In this document: positions 6,437 to 15,748 of the stretch, piece after piece
Numbering within the stretch: position 1 is the stretch's first letter
How the letters are laid out: each line of letters opens with the position of its first letter
NCBI GenBank assembly: GCA_964641225.1
Contig: CAZXKC010000005.1
Span: 32,134-96,133, forward strand
Source: an uncultured Candidatus Saccharibacteria bacterium
GTDB taxonomy: Bacteria; Patescibacteriota; Minisyncoccia; UBA6257; 1-14-0-10-44-23
DNA: 64,000 nt
Direction: 5' to 3'
Translations under genes and position numbers: made by a program
Notes under the pieces: generated by a model
The model's database searches: none
The model's input: only the letters and a program-made list of their open reading frames with translations
Told to the model about the DNA's origin: nothing

Positions 6437-8977
6437 TTAGCCCCCTTTTTTCCCGAGTAATTTAGCGTATTTTTGGAACTGGTCGCCTTTTTCATTAAAG
6501 TCTTTCCAGAGGCTGTAGCTCGGCGAAGCCGTTGAAAGGAGGCAGATGCTCCCCTGCGGCGTATGTTTATACGCGAACGCAATTGCATCTTTCATTTTTT
6601 CTGTCCGGAAAATGTTTAAGTCGGTTGCTTCTACAAATAATCGATTGCCGGTATCCGGGAACAGTACAATATTTTTGATGCCAGCGACTCTAATTTTTGC
6701 CTCTAGTGTTTTAAAGTCATAGCCGCGATCTTCGCCGCCAAGGAAAATAGTTCCTACGTTTTTCAAAGAACGTAGCGCCATAATTGTTGATTCTGGAGTG
6801 GTCGAAATTGCGTCGTCGTAAAACGTGATGCCTTTAAATGTTCCGACTTTTTCAAGTCTGTGCGGGAGCGGTTTAAAGTTTAGTATTGCTTCTCGAATGA
6901 TTTCATCGGGCACAGAAAGCATTTTGGCGACGGTGACTGCAGCGCGAACATTATTGTAATTATGGACGCCGATTAGTGGCAGCTCGTCTTGGCTGACGGG
7001 AAGCTCGGTCGTAAATGGCACTGTTTTTGACCGCGCCTCTTTCGCCCACTCTACGAGGCGGTGATCTTCAGGGTTAAATACAAATGAGTCGTCGCGACGC
7101 TGGAATTTAATAATGTTCTTTTTAGCCAGATAATACGGCTCCTCTCCTTGATGATACGGCAGATGTTCCGGGAATAAATTTGAAATTACGGCGATGTTTG
7201 GTGAATAGCGGCTGTCGTCAAGCTGGTGGCTCGAAAGTTCTAATACAAAAATTTCCCGTGGATCAACCGAGCGCTTGAGTGCGCCAAGCATTGGTACGCC
7301 GATATTGCCAAGCAGGCTTACTTTTTTGCCGGCTTTTTTGAGAATTGCGTAAATGAGTGAGGAGGTTGTGCTTTTGCCTTTTGTGCCCGTGACACCAATG
7401 GTCAAATTGGAGATTTGTGAGAAAAAAAGATTGGTCGCCGTTGTGTACGGAATACTAACAAAGCGTTTTGGAATACCCGGCGTTTTGATGGCGATATCAA
7501 AGTCGGCCTGCATCTGCAGATAGTTTTTACTACGATTCTGGTCGGCAATTCCAAGTTTGAGTTTTGGGAATTTTTTCCGCATAAATTCCTGCGTCACTTT
7601 TCCTTCTTTGCCGTAGCCAAGAATAAGTGCGGTTTTCATACCCGAAAATCTAAACGGAGCAGGTATCAGAGGTGAATCTTGTGTTTTCATCACTCGAGCA
7701 ATCGTCTCTGGAGTTACGGCTAGCTGGTGTTCAAGCGTTTTAAAGACAATAGTTTTTCCATAAATTTTTCTACTCAAATGCAGTGCAGTCTGTACCTCTT
7801 CAAAGGTTCCCACGCAGTCGAATGGTTTGAGGTTACCCTGCCCTATTAAATCTTTAAAGAGCGGCACGAGTGTTTCATCTTCAAACAAATTTTTTCCAAA
7901 AATTGAGATGAGTTTTTTCTTTGGCAGCCATGGCGCTAGAATCGCAAAGACAAACGCACATTTTGCGCAGACGCCGCACCATTTAGTAGTAGACGGTAGT
8001 GAGTAGTCAGTAGACAGCGGGTTGATTTTTGCGACTGCATTGCAACTACTAAAGGCTGAGAAGTATTTTGGATAGGTGCTGAATAATTTTGCGATCCGCA
8101 ACTCGTAAAATGGTCTCAGAATCGAGAAGTAGGTTATGTTTGGCGTCACAAAATTGCGGATGTATTCCTGAAACAGCGTTTCAAATTCTTGCGACTTACT
8201 CCACTGATGATTAATAATTTCCCCTTTGTATTCTAAATTACCAAAGTTGCTGCTAAATTCGTTGGCAACAATTGTGTAGCGATAATCGTAGAGCGCCGCA
8301 GCAAATACGCCGATCCATGCTAACACTGCAGAAATTGGTATGTGTCCGTTAAAGCTATCGGGGTGTTTTTCGAAAATTTGTGGATCGAGCTCCCGGGAAA
8401 TGATCAGGCTTGGCAATTTGGTCGCCTTCATTACGCTCTGGGCTTGCAGGTTTGGTTTTTGTGTCTCGATTAAGATCGCCGTCGCATCTATTTTTTGCTC
8501 TTTAAGGAGCTCGACGGCAACCAGCGAGTCTTTGCCGCCACCGATGCCGATCAGCGAGCGATTACTGCGTTTAAAATCAACGGATTCCGGGCGATGTTCT
8601 GCCGAGCCTGGGAATAATGCTAGTACGCCCGGCTCAAGGTTGTTGCGATATAAAAATTCGCCCAGACCTTTTCTGTACACGGTGTTCCAAAATATGGCCT
8701 GCTCGGGCGAAATTGGTTGATTAAGTTTGATCTCCGGCGGACAGTAGAGTTTGTAATAGCTGATGCCGATAATCAGGTGTAGTCCCTGTAAAATATTTTC
8801 AAGCAATTGCGGCGGAATATCGGCAGAGATTTTTTGGTTGTATGGAAGCGTCAGTTTTTCGGTGAATATCAGCGGCTGGCGATTTGCAAAATGGATCGTG
8901 TAGTTAAATGAGGCCAGGCGCTTTTCCGGTTCAAATGAATAAAACGTGAATTCAAAAATTGTTGGTTTAAGCGTCAT
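6437..8977 (-). CDS. murD: Bifunctional protein: N-terminal QueC-like PP-loop ATP pyrophosphatase domain with CGxCxxC zinc ribbon, fused to C-terminal MurD-type UDP-N-acetylmuramoyl-L-alanine--glutamate ligase
   Basis: N-terminal half has an SGGxDS-like PP-loop (GIGGGKDS) and WCGVCAKC. C-terminal half has the MurD Rossmann N-domain, Mur ligase P-loop GVTGTKGKSTT and a DDAISTTPES-type C-domain; 846 aa. Confidence 0.8.
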   Translation of the reverse strand: MTLKPTIFEFTFYSFEPEKRLASFNYTIHFANRQPLIFTEKLTLPYNQKISADIPPQLLENILQGLHLIIGISYYKLYCPPEIKLNQPISPEQAIFWNTVYRKGLGEFLYRNNLEPGVLALFPGSAEHRPESVDFKRSNRSLIGIGGGKDSLVAVELLKEQKIDATAILIETQKPNLQAQSVMKATKLPSLIISRELDPQIFEKHPDSFNGHIPISAVLAWIGVFAAALYDYRYTIVANEFSSNFGNLEYKGEIINHQWSKSQEFETLFQEYIRNFVTPNITYFSILRPFYELRIAKLFSTYPKYFSAFSSCNAVAKINPLSTDYSLPSTTKWCGVCAKCAFVFAILAPWLPKKKLISIFGKNLFEDETLVPLFKDLIGQGNLKPFDCVGTFEEVQTALHLSRKIYGKTIVFKTLEHQLAVTPETIARVMKTQDSPLIPAPFRFSGMKTALILGYGKEGKVTQEFMRKKFPKLKLGIADQNRSKNYLQMQADFDIAIKTPGIPKRFVSIPYTTATNLFFSQISNLTIGVTGTKGKSTTSSLIYAILKKAGKKVSLLGNIGVPMLGALKRSVDPREIFVLELSSHQLDDSRYSPNIAVISNLFPEHLPYHQGEEPYYLAKKNIIKFQRRDDSFVFNPEDHRLVEWAKEARSKTVPFTTELPVSQDELPLIGVHNYNNVRAAVTVAKMLSVPDEIIREAILNFKPLPHRLEKVGTFKGITFYDDAISTTPESTIMALRSLKNVGTIFLGGEDRGYDFKTLEAKIRVAGIKNIVLFPDTGNRLFVEATDLNIFRTEKMKDAIAFAYKHTPQGSICLLSTASPSYSLWKDFNEKGDQFQKYAKLLGKKGG

Positions 8978-9064
8978 AGACTATAGACATGATAGCTGAA
9001 AAAGAGTCTATTTTACAATTCCAACCAAAATCGCTATACTAACCAGACCAAATTTAATGGTATT

Positions 9065-9138
9065 GCGGGCGTAGCTCAGTTGGTTAGAGCGTCCCCCTGT
9101 CACGGGGAAGGTCACCGGTTCGAGTCCGGCCGTCCGCG
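9065..9138 (+). tRNA. tRNA-Asp (anticodon GTC)
   Basis: GCGGGCG-TA-GCTC-AGTTGGTTA-GAGC-G-TCCCC-CTGTCAC-GGGGA-AGGTC-ACCGG-TTCGAGT-CCGGC-CGTCCGC-G; canonical cloverleaf. Confidence 0.9.
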
Positions 9139-9154
9139 CAGAGAAATCAAATTT

Positions 9155-9562
9155 ATGAAAATTTATGCCTGCCGATTGTTACCAGGTAAAGATTTCAGAG
9201 ATGAATTATTCCGTATTATTTCTGAACAAAAAATTCAAGCCGGTTTTATAATCACCTGCGTTGGTAGTTTTTCGACGGCGACTTTACGAATGGCTGGTGC
9301 AACTCCAGGCAAGCAAGATATCAGAACAAAAGAAGGTGAATTCGAAGTTGTTTCTGCCGTTGGCACCTTTTCGCAAGATGGTATGCATGTTCATATGGGC
9401 CTTGCTTCTAGGGATGGTGAATTTTTCGGTGGACATTTAAAAAATGGATGCATTATTAATACCACTATGGAGTTGGTTATTGGCGATAGTCCCGATTGGC
9501 ATTTTTCGCTAGAAAAAGATCCTGAAACTGGCTTCGAGGAATTCGCACCTAAAAAACGCTAA
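9155..9562 (+). CDS. PPC/DUF296-family predicted DNA-binding protein
   Basis: The track ORF 9080-9562 overlaps tRNA-Asp. An internal ATG at 9155 (MKIYACRLLPGKDFRDEL...) gives a 135-aa protein with the DUF296 pattern (GEFEVVSAVGT...HVHMGLA...G...GGHL). Confidence 0.55.
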   Translation: MKIYACRLLPGKDFRDELFRIISEQKIQAGFIITCVGSFSTATLRMAGATPGKQDIRTKEGEFEVVSAVGTFSQDGMHVHMGLASRDGEFFGGHLKNGCIINTTMELVIGDSPDWHFSLEKDPETGFEEFAPKKR

Positions 9563-9598
9563 GATTTCCAATATAATTCTTTCTTAATTCACACGTCT

Positions 9599-9868
9599 AT
9601 GGATGCAGTGGCAAAGTCAGAGATTTTTTTCTTTATCACCTCGATTGCAGTTATTTTATTTACTATCGTCGGTGTTATAGTCGCCTTCTATGTAATTAAA
9701 ATAGCGCGCAACGTCAGCGAAATTACTGATCGTGCCAATGAGCAGACGAAGAAGATTTCGCAGGATGTTGATGCGCTCCGGGAAAATGTTAAAGAGGAAG
9801 GTTGGAAGGTTATAAAGCAATTTAAGTTGTTTAAGAATTTGTTTGGTGGCAAGAAAACTAAACGCTAA
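9599..9868 (+). CDS. Small membrane protein, DUF948-like (N-terminal TM helix + coiled coil)
   Basis: 89 aa; hydrophobic segment FFFITSIAVILFTIVGVIVAFYVI followed by a charged helical region. Confidence 0.45.
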   Translation: MDAVAKSEIFFFITSIAVILFTIVGVIVAFYVIKIARNVSEITDRANEQTKKISQDVDALRENVKEEGWKVIKQFKLFKNLFGGKKTKR

Positions 9869-9874
9869 ATTATT

Positions 9875-10243
9875 ATGGCAATGAAAAAAGGAAAAGCAGT
9901 GATGATCGGTGTTGGCGTTGCGGCTGCAGTCGCTGCAGCTGCATATTTTTTGACCGGTGAGCGCGGTGAAGAAAATCGGGCGAAAATTAAGGGCTGGATG
10001 AATGCTGCTAAAAAAGAGGTATTAGGCAAGATTAAAGACGTTAAAGAGCTGACTCAGGAGGGGTATGATGCAATCGTTGACGAGGTGCTTGCCCGCTATG
10101 AGGGTGCTAAAGATGCTATGCCTGAGGAATTGGAGAGTCTTAAGGAGGAGTTAAAAAGTCATTGGAGCAATATTTCCAAGCACCTTTCCGAAGGCGTACC
10201 AAGCGCTAAGAATGCGTCAAAAAAGCGTTCGTCACGAACTTAG
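9875..10243 (+). CDS. YtxH-like family protein
   Basis: 122 aa; N-terminal hydrophobic GVGVAAAVAAAAYFL then an amphipathic K/E-rich helix, typical of YtxH. Confidence 0.5.
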   Translation: MAMKKGKAVMIGVGVAAAVAAAAYFLTGERGEENRAKIKGWMNAAKKEVLGKIKDVKELTQEGYDAIVDEVLARYEGAKDAMPEELESLKEELKSHWSNISKHLSEGVPSAKNASKKRSSRT

Positions 10244-10261
10244 TTTGTATGTATAAAATTC

Positions 10262-10293
10262 AAATCCCCGCCTTTGCGGGGATTTGCTTCTGT
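10262..10293 (+). terminator. Intrinsic terminator hairpin AAATCCCCGC-cttt-GCGGGGATTT followed by a T-rich tail
   Basis: Perfect 10-bp stem directly after the 10243 stop. Confidence 0.5.
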
Positions 10294-10340
10294 TGAAAAC
10301 TCTTGTTGCAGATATCTTACTTAGTGCGTAAAATTACAGT

Positions 10341-10667
10341 ATGAATATGAATCAAAAAAATGAGTGGGATGGTCCAGAGCGTCGTATTGATCAAGAAAAA
10401 CGAGACGATTTTGACTCGCTTATAAGTATGGCCTCTAAGAAGGTTTATTCAATTGAAGAAACCGGTGAGGAGTGGCAATCTGGCGCTACTATGACAACGA
10501 AGTTTGATTTTGAGAATCCGGATTCTCGAGACGAACAAAGAATCGTCGCTGGTAATACTCTTAAGGAATTTGCGCGGAAACACGGACCTGAAAATGTTCG
10601 CTTTGTTAAGGAGGAGGACGGAAAAGTGAGCGTGTATTTTCGAAAAGTTTTTGCTGAAAAACTTTAA
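10341..10667 (+). CDS. Hypothetical protein
   Basis: 108-aa ORF; no recognisable motif. Confidence 0.4.
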   Translation: MNMNQKNEWDGPERRIDQEKRDDFDSLISMASKKVYSIEETGEEWQSGATMTTKFDFENPDSRDEQRIVAGNTLKEFARKHGPENVRFVKEEDGKVSVYFRKVFAEKL

Positions 10668-11890
10668 TTTATAACGTTTAGAGCTTTCCCTACCTTTGCA
10701 AATGCAGCGACCGTGGTGTCGATGTGGGTTTTTGTGTGCGCAGCTGAGAGTTGGACGCGGATACGGGCCTTGCCGAGTGGAACGACCGGGTAGCTAAAGC
10801 TACGGACGTATACTCCTTCATCAAAAAGCTTGCGAGCAAATTCAGCTGAAAGTTTTTCGTCCATGAGCATGACCGGATTAATCGGATGTTTTCCGTCTCC
10901 ACCCATTTTAAAGCCGAGGGCAGTCATTTTTTCCCGAAAACATGTCGTGTTCTCGGCGAGCGTTGCACGGGCTGGTGCGAGTGTCGAGTCGAAGTTTCGG
11001 AGCGTCCACAAAGCCGTGCCGGCAATGACCGGCGCGAGTGCATTTGAGAAGAGTGAGGTGCGGGAGCGTTGACGAAGCCAGTCAATAATTTCTTTGCGGC
11101 CACTCGTAAAGCCTCCAGAAGCACCGCCCAAGGCTTTGCCAAAAGTTGAGGTGATGATGTCTACTCTGCCCATTACATTTTGCGATTCCACACTTCCCCT
11201 GCCCGCTGCGCCAAGAACGCCCGAAGCGTGAGATTCATCTACCATCACGAGTGCCCCATACTTTTGCGCCAGGTCGCAGATCTCTTTTAATTTTGCGGTG
11301 TCGCCGTCCATACTAAACACTCCGTCGGTGGCGATTAGTATGCGACGCGGTCGAGTCGTACCGTCTGATAGTTTCACTTCGGCGCCTTTTGAGGCGGTCT
11401 GCAGCATGGTTTCAAGTTCGGCCATATCTGCATGTTTGAAACGGAATCGTTCTGCTTTACAGAGGCGTACGCCGTCGATAATGCTGGCGTGATTGAGTTC
11501 ATCAGAGAGAATTGCATCCCCTTCGGAAAGAATAGTTTCAAAAAGTCCGGTGTTAGCATCAAAGCAAGAGGTGTACAAAATTGTGTCGTCGGTCTGTAAA
11601 AATTTTGAGACCTCTTTTTCTAATTCTTTATGAACCGTTGTCGTGCCGATAATAAACGGAACTGAAGCGGTTCCGTAGCCGTATGTGTCGAGCGCCTCAT
11701 GCGCAGCTTTACGGATAGCTTCACTTCCGGCCAGGCCGAGGTAGTTGTTGGCGCAAAAGTTAAGAAGCTTTTTGCCGTTTACAATAATCTCCGGGCCCTG
11801 ATAGCCCTCCATTGTGCCTATGTCTTTGTAGGTGCCCGCATCTTTGAGGCTTTGAATATCTTTTTTAAATTGATCTTGTAAGGGATACAT
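10664..11890 (-). CDS. kbl: 2-amino-3-ketobutyrate CoA ligase (glycine C-acetyltransferase), PLP-dependent alpha-oxoamine synthase
   Basis: Near-colinear with E. coli Kbl (NFCANNYLGL, ILYSSCFDAN, ISDALNHASIIDG, ATDGVFSMDG, GTLGKALGGASGG; PLP lysine in TFGKALGG). Start moved to the internal ATG at 11888-11890 (MYPLQDQ...), which matches the Kbl N-terminus. Confidence 0.85.
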   Translation of the reverse strand: MYPLQDQFKKDIQSLKDAGTYKDIGTMEGYQGPEIIVNGKKLLNFCANNYLGLAGSEAIRKAAHEALDTYGYGTASVPFIIGTTTVHKELEKEVSKFLQTDDTILYTSCFDANTGLFETILSEGDAILSDELNHASIIDGVRLCKAERFRFKHADMAELETMLQTASKGAEVKLSDGTTRPRRILIATDGVFSMDGDTAKLKEICDLAQKYGALVMVDESHASGVLGAAGRGSVESQNVMGRVDIITSTFGKALGGASGGFTSGRKEIIDWLRQRSRTSLFSNALAPVIAGTALWTLRNFDSTLAPARATLAENTTCFREKMTALGFKMGGDGKHPINPVMLMDEKLSAEFARKLFDEGVYVRSFSYPVVPLGKARIRVQLSAAHTKTHIDTTVAAFAKVGKALNVIN

Positions 11891-11982
11891 AGATAAAAAT
11901 CGTAACATAGAAGCGTACCTAAAACGAGTGAGAGCCAGGATTCCCGAAGGAATTCTGGCTCTCTTGTGCGGCCTCTTGTTGC

Positions 11983-12174
11983 CTACCATGTTGGTGGCTT
12001 AGGAGGGTCACATGGAATCATTGCGAGCCAGTAGATGAGGGCTATGAAGGGTACGCCGAGACACAGCGCCAGCGCAACCTCCCACAACTCCAATCCCCAC
12101 AACTTTTTCATGGTTTCCTCCGATTGAGATAGTATTCTTAGAATAGCACTCTTTATTATATTTGTCAATAGCAA
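11983..12174 (-). CDS. Small hydrophobic hypothetical peptide (possibly 42 aa from internal start at 12111)
   Basis: ORF between kbl and tdh; the C-terminal 40 aa are strongly hydrophobic (LALCLGVPFIALIYWLAMIP). GC is higher than in the neighbouring genes. Confidence 0.3.
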   Translation of the reverse strand: MLLTNIIKSAILRILSQSEETMKKLWGLELWEVALALCLGVPFIALIYWLAMIPCDPPKPPTW

Positions 12175-12203
12175 AAAAGCTCCTTAAATAAGGGTTTTTA
12201 GAC

Positions 12204-12244
12204 TTCTAATACCTCTATTGGCCTCTAATACTTCTATTCCCTCT
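12204..12244. repeat. Copy 2 of the ~42-nt repeated 3'-UTR element (TTCTAATACcTCTATtggcCTCTAATACtTCTATTCCCTCT)
   Basis: Near-identical to 2065-2106. It overlaps the stop codon of tdh. Confidence 0.6.
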
Positions 12245-13166
12245 TCTTCAGGTTCTTCAGCATCACCTTCGTCATCTTGGCGAGGTCAAATTCGTGTTTC
12301 CAGCCCCAGTCTTTGCGGGCTTGTGCGTCATTAATAGATTTTGGCCAGGAGTCGGCGATTTTTTGGCGGTGGTCGGGTTTATAGGTTACATCTACCGGAA
12401 CTATTTTATTTATTTCCTTTGCGAGTTCGTCGGCACGGAAGCTGATGGCGGCCATGTTGTAGCTCGTGCGGATTTTAATTTTGCTGGGCGGGGCATCCAT
12501 TAATTTGATCGTCCCGCGGATCGCGTCGTCCATATACATCATTGGGAGCACGGTGTCTTTTTTAACAAAACATTCGTATGAGCCTGTTTTGAGGGCTTCA
12601 TGGAAAATTGCGACTGCAAAATCAGTTGTCCCCCCACCCGGCTGTGCCTTCCAGCTAATCAGTCCTGGGTAGCGTACTGAGCGGACATCAACTCCGTATT
12701 TTAAGAAATAGTATTGGCAGAGTAGTTCACCGGCGACTTTAGTTACGCCATAAATTGTGGTCGGCTCAAGAACAGTTTGCTGGGGAGTTTTATTTCGGGG
12801 CGTGGTTGGTCCAAACGCAGCAATTGAGCTTGGCCAAAAGACGCGCATTTTGTATTTTACGGCTAGATCTAGAACAATCTTAAGGCCGTTCATGTTTACC
12901 TCCCACGCTAAATTTGGGTTTGCCTCCCCTGTTGCAGAAAGCAGTGAGACTAAATGAAAGACGGTATCAATGTTATATTTTTTGACGATGTGTTCAAGTG
13001 CGACGGCGTCAGTCATTTCTACAACTTCAACTGTTCCCTTCCAGCCTTTTGGCGGCTCGCGACGATCAAGTGACACGACGTGTAAAACTCCTTTCTTCTT
13101 CTGCAAAGCCGGTACGAGCTCTGAGCCAATTTGTCCGAATGCTCCGGTAACGAGAATATTTTTCAT
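12234..13166 (-). CDS. tdh: L-threonine 3-dehydrogenase, extended-SDR (GalE-like) type
   Basis: TGAFGQIGSEL NAD-binding motif and YGVTK catalytic Tyr-x3-Lys. Start taken at the internal ATG at 13164-13166 (MKNILVTGA...). Confidence 0.75.
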   Translation of the reverse strand: MKNILVTGAFGQIGSELVPALQKKKGVLHVVSLDRREPPKGWKGTVEVVEMTDAVALEHIVKKYNIDTVFHLVSLLSATGEANPNLAWEVNMNGLKIVLDLAVKYKMRVFWPSSIAAFGPTTPRNKTPQQTVLEPTTIYGVTKVAGELLCQYYFLKYGVDVRSVRYPGLISWKAQPGGGTTDFAVAIFHEALKTGSYECFVKKDTVLPMMYMDDAIRGTIKLMDAPPSKIKIRTSYNMAAISFRADELAKEINKIVPVDVTYKPDHRQKIADSWPKSINDAQARKDWGWKHEFDLAKMTKVMLKNLKKRE

Positions 13167-13249
13167 ATCAATAAGTTTATTAAAAATATCATTAACTGAG
13201 TTTATCCACAACAGCTTAATTTATATGGTACACTAATTGGGCAGTAATA

Positions 13250-13440
13250 ATTTATTTCACATTTTTTGGGGAAGCAGGTGGAACTCCTGCACAGTACCGC
13301 TACGGTTATAGTCCGAGCGCCAGAATGTGATTAGTCTCACTGTCTTAATCCTCGAGTAAGGATGCCAGGCGGATTCGGTGCTCTCCCCAGAACCCGAAAC
13401 CGACCACCCCTCTATCTCGAGATGGGTGTTTTTATTTTTT
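13250..13440 (+). promoter_or_regulatory. Structured 5' leader (~190 nt) ending in an intrinsic terminator immediately upstream of the 13451 ORF; candidate riboswitch/attenuator of unassigned class
   Basis: An extended -10-like TGgTACACT lies upstream. The leader has GGGGAAGCAGG...ACGGUUAUAGUCCGAGCGCC...CCCGAAACCGAC motifs and ends in hairpin CACCCCTCTATCTCGAGATGGGTG (13405-13428) plus TTTTTATTTTTT. Confidence 0.35.
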
Positions 13441-13450
13441 ACTTTTAATC

Positions 13451-15718
13451 ATGCCGGAGTTACGACAACCACGATTTGAAGATGAGGGAGCTGCAACAAC
13501 TACTTCAGAGCGGCCTTTTAGTGGTGAAACACTCGAAGAAGAATTGGAGCGCTTAGAGCAGGAGAAAGCGCAAAGAGAATTAGAGGATCGTTTAGAGCAA
13601 GAACGACTTGAAGCAGAAGAACGTGCTGCTGAGGTTGCCGAAGAAGAGGAACGGATTCAGGCGGAAGATATCTCTCTTATCGAAGCGCTTGGTTCGGATA
13701 AGGTTGAAGTTCGATTTGTTGATCCGGCTGATAAGGCAACGTATCCGCAAGCCAGCTCAGATGGACCAAGCCACCAGGATAAGTCTGGGGTTCCCGTAGC
13801 AAGTCTGCCGCAACGTTTTATAGATGGTAAAAGTCAGAATCCAGACGGTACGTTTGTGGTTGATGAGCTCATGCGCTTAGGTAATGCATCGCCTGAGGGT
13901 CTTGCTCGCGCGCAAAAGCATGACAATGATCTCAATACTCTGCAGTATCATATTTCGGAACCCTTCAAGTCATTTAATGGTGATGGAAAAATGTGGAGGA
14001 CGATCACTCGCGTTAATGCTAACGGAGAAGAGGTTGCTCGAAATTATGAGATTGCGCTTCCTAAAAAGGAAGCAGAGGAAGATGATAATGGAGACCTGCT
14101 TCCGGGTGGTACCAGTGAAGGATTAGGAAATGCGCTCGATTCAGAGGACGATGAGGTGGTCGAAGATGGTTTGCTGGATCCTAATTCGGACGGGCTCGAA
14201 TCCTTGTGGGCCGCCCAAATTTCAGAGCTCGAAAAAAGTAAGGCCTTGAAAGATGCAGAGACTCAGCGAGTCACTGCGCTGAATGTTTCGCCTACTTTAA
14301 GTGCTACAGAGCCTAATGTTTCTGTCATAGCTGCGCAGATGCCGGTTTCTGAAATTTTTGCCACTGAGCCAGGCGTTTCGGCGCAGCCTGAGGCTATAAA
14401 GACACCATCGTTATTTACTGAATCCTTCGCCAGCGCACCATCTGCAGTCAATACGACCGAAAATTTTGCTCTAGAAACAGATTCATTCACTCTTGAGGTC
14501 GCAAACCTGTCTACGCCGGAAGATTCTGTTATTTCATCTCTGGAGCATTTTGCCAATACAGAACCAGTTGTTAGTCATGAGGCTGCGCCTGGGGCTATTA
14601 AGGTATCATCTCACGAGCTACCAGTAGCTCGTGGAGCAGTTGATCTTGCAGTTGAGGTATCTGCGACAACGAGTGAAATAATTTCAGAGCCGGTAGCTCT
14701 TGTTCCAGAAATTTTAAGTGAAGAGAGTGTCGCGGAAAATTCAATAGCAACAGATGCAGCTTCAGAGATTAGCAATGAGTTTACGATTAATTTTTCGTCA
14801 GGTGATTTATTTAAGCCTGAAATCGTCCTGGCTGAAACGATGACGAACGGCGCGCAGACGCATACAGAGACATTTGCGCAGCCCGTCTTTGAAACACCGA
14901 CGGTTGAATTTGATGTAGCTCCTGAGGAGGCTATTACAGAATCTGCACCTGTTACAGAGCTTCACGAGGACGCAATGCCCTCCATTGAATCAGCCGCAGA
15001 GGTTGCTTCTATTCTATTTCCTAAAGAAAAATCAGTGCCTGTTGAAGTCGTAGCTGTCGCGCCGGAAATTGCCCCCACTCAAGTTGTAGCTATCCCGGCC
15101 GCACCGAGAGAGGCAATTACGCTGACGTTTAAAAAAGATATCGCGCAACCGACTGTTGCGCGCATAGAAGCAACGAAACCTAAGTCCGTTGAGGTTTTGA
15201 AAGATGAAGTGCCAGCGGCTAAGGCAAAAGAAGTGGTGCCCCCCCCAGCAGAGAAGGCAGAACCAATTCGGCTTGTTCGGAATGAAGCAGCCCCTATTCC
15301 AGTTGCCCGTAAGGCTGAACAGAAACATGTTGATCAATCGCCGAATGTACCTTCGGTAGAGAAATCAGCAGGTAGAATTTTGAAATTTGAAGATGCTGTT
15401 GCTAATAAAGAGCGCCGCTCCCCTTCGCTAACACCTGAAATATTAAAAACACCCGTTCAGAAAATTTCGAATCCGCTTGTACGATCAAAAGTCCCAGAGG
15501 CTGTGCAGCGTCGACAGGAGCGTGAGGAGCTCCCGACTTTTGCTTCTTCAGTTGTTCGGGCTCGAGAGGTTGCGCGAGTTACCCAAGAGGTGCACAATTT
15601 CAAGCCGCGTAGTACGGCTGCTCTGTCTGACATAATCTCACAAGAAACTCGAGAGCGGCGTATTCTAGACATAGAAGACCTACCGGAGGTTGGAATCCGG
15701 ATGCTTCGTCGAGCCTAA
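13451..15718 (+). CDS. Large acidic low-complexity protein (755 aa), function unknown
   Basis: Long uninterrupted ORF in an AT-rich genome, E/A/S/T/V/P-rich with an N-terminal E/R coiled-coil-like region. No signal peptide or TM segment. Confidence 0.55.
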   Translation: MPELRQPRFEDEGAATTTSERPFSGETLEEELERLEQEKAQRELEDRLEQERLEAEERAAEVAEEEERIQAEDISLIEALGSDKVEVRFVDPADKATYPQASSDGPSHQDKSGVPVASLPQRFIDGKSQNPDGTFVVDELMRLGNASPEGLARAQKHDNDLNTLQYHISEPFKSFNGDGKMWRTITRVNANGEEVARNYEIALPKKEAEEDDNGDLLPGGTSEGLGNALDSEDDEVVEDGLLDPNSDGLESLWAAQISELEKSKALKDAETQRVTALNVSPTLSATEPNVSVIAAQMPVSEIFATEPGVSAQPEAIKTPSLFTESFASAPSAVNTTENFALETDSFTLEVANLSTPEDSVISSLEHFANTEPVVSHEAAPGAIKVSSHELPVARGAVDLAVEVSATTSEIISEPVALVPEILSEESVAENSIATDAASEISNEFTINFSSGDLFKPEIVLAETMTNGAQTHTETFAQPVFETPTVEFDVAPEEAITESAPVTELHEDAMPSIESAAEVASILFPKEKSVPVEVVAVAPEIAPTQVVAIPAAPREAITLTFKKDIAQPTVARIEATKPKSVEVLKDEVPAAKAKEVVPPPAEKAEPIRLVRNEAAPIPVARKAEQKHVDQSPNVPSVEKSAGRILKFEDAVANKERRSPSLTPEILKTPVQKISNPLVRSKVPEAVQRRQEREELPTFASSVVRAREVARVTQEVHNFKPRSTAALSDIISQETRERRILDIEDLPEVGIRMLRRA

Positions 15719-15748
15719 TACTGATGTTAAAATACCCTTTTTCACGAC

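Noticed and set aside
9080-9154. 5' part of the track ORF 9080-9562
   Set aside because: It overlaps tRNA-Asp (9065-9138). Translation begins at the ATG at 9155.
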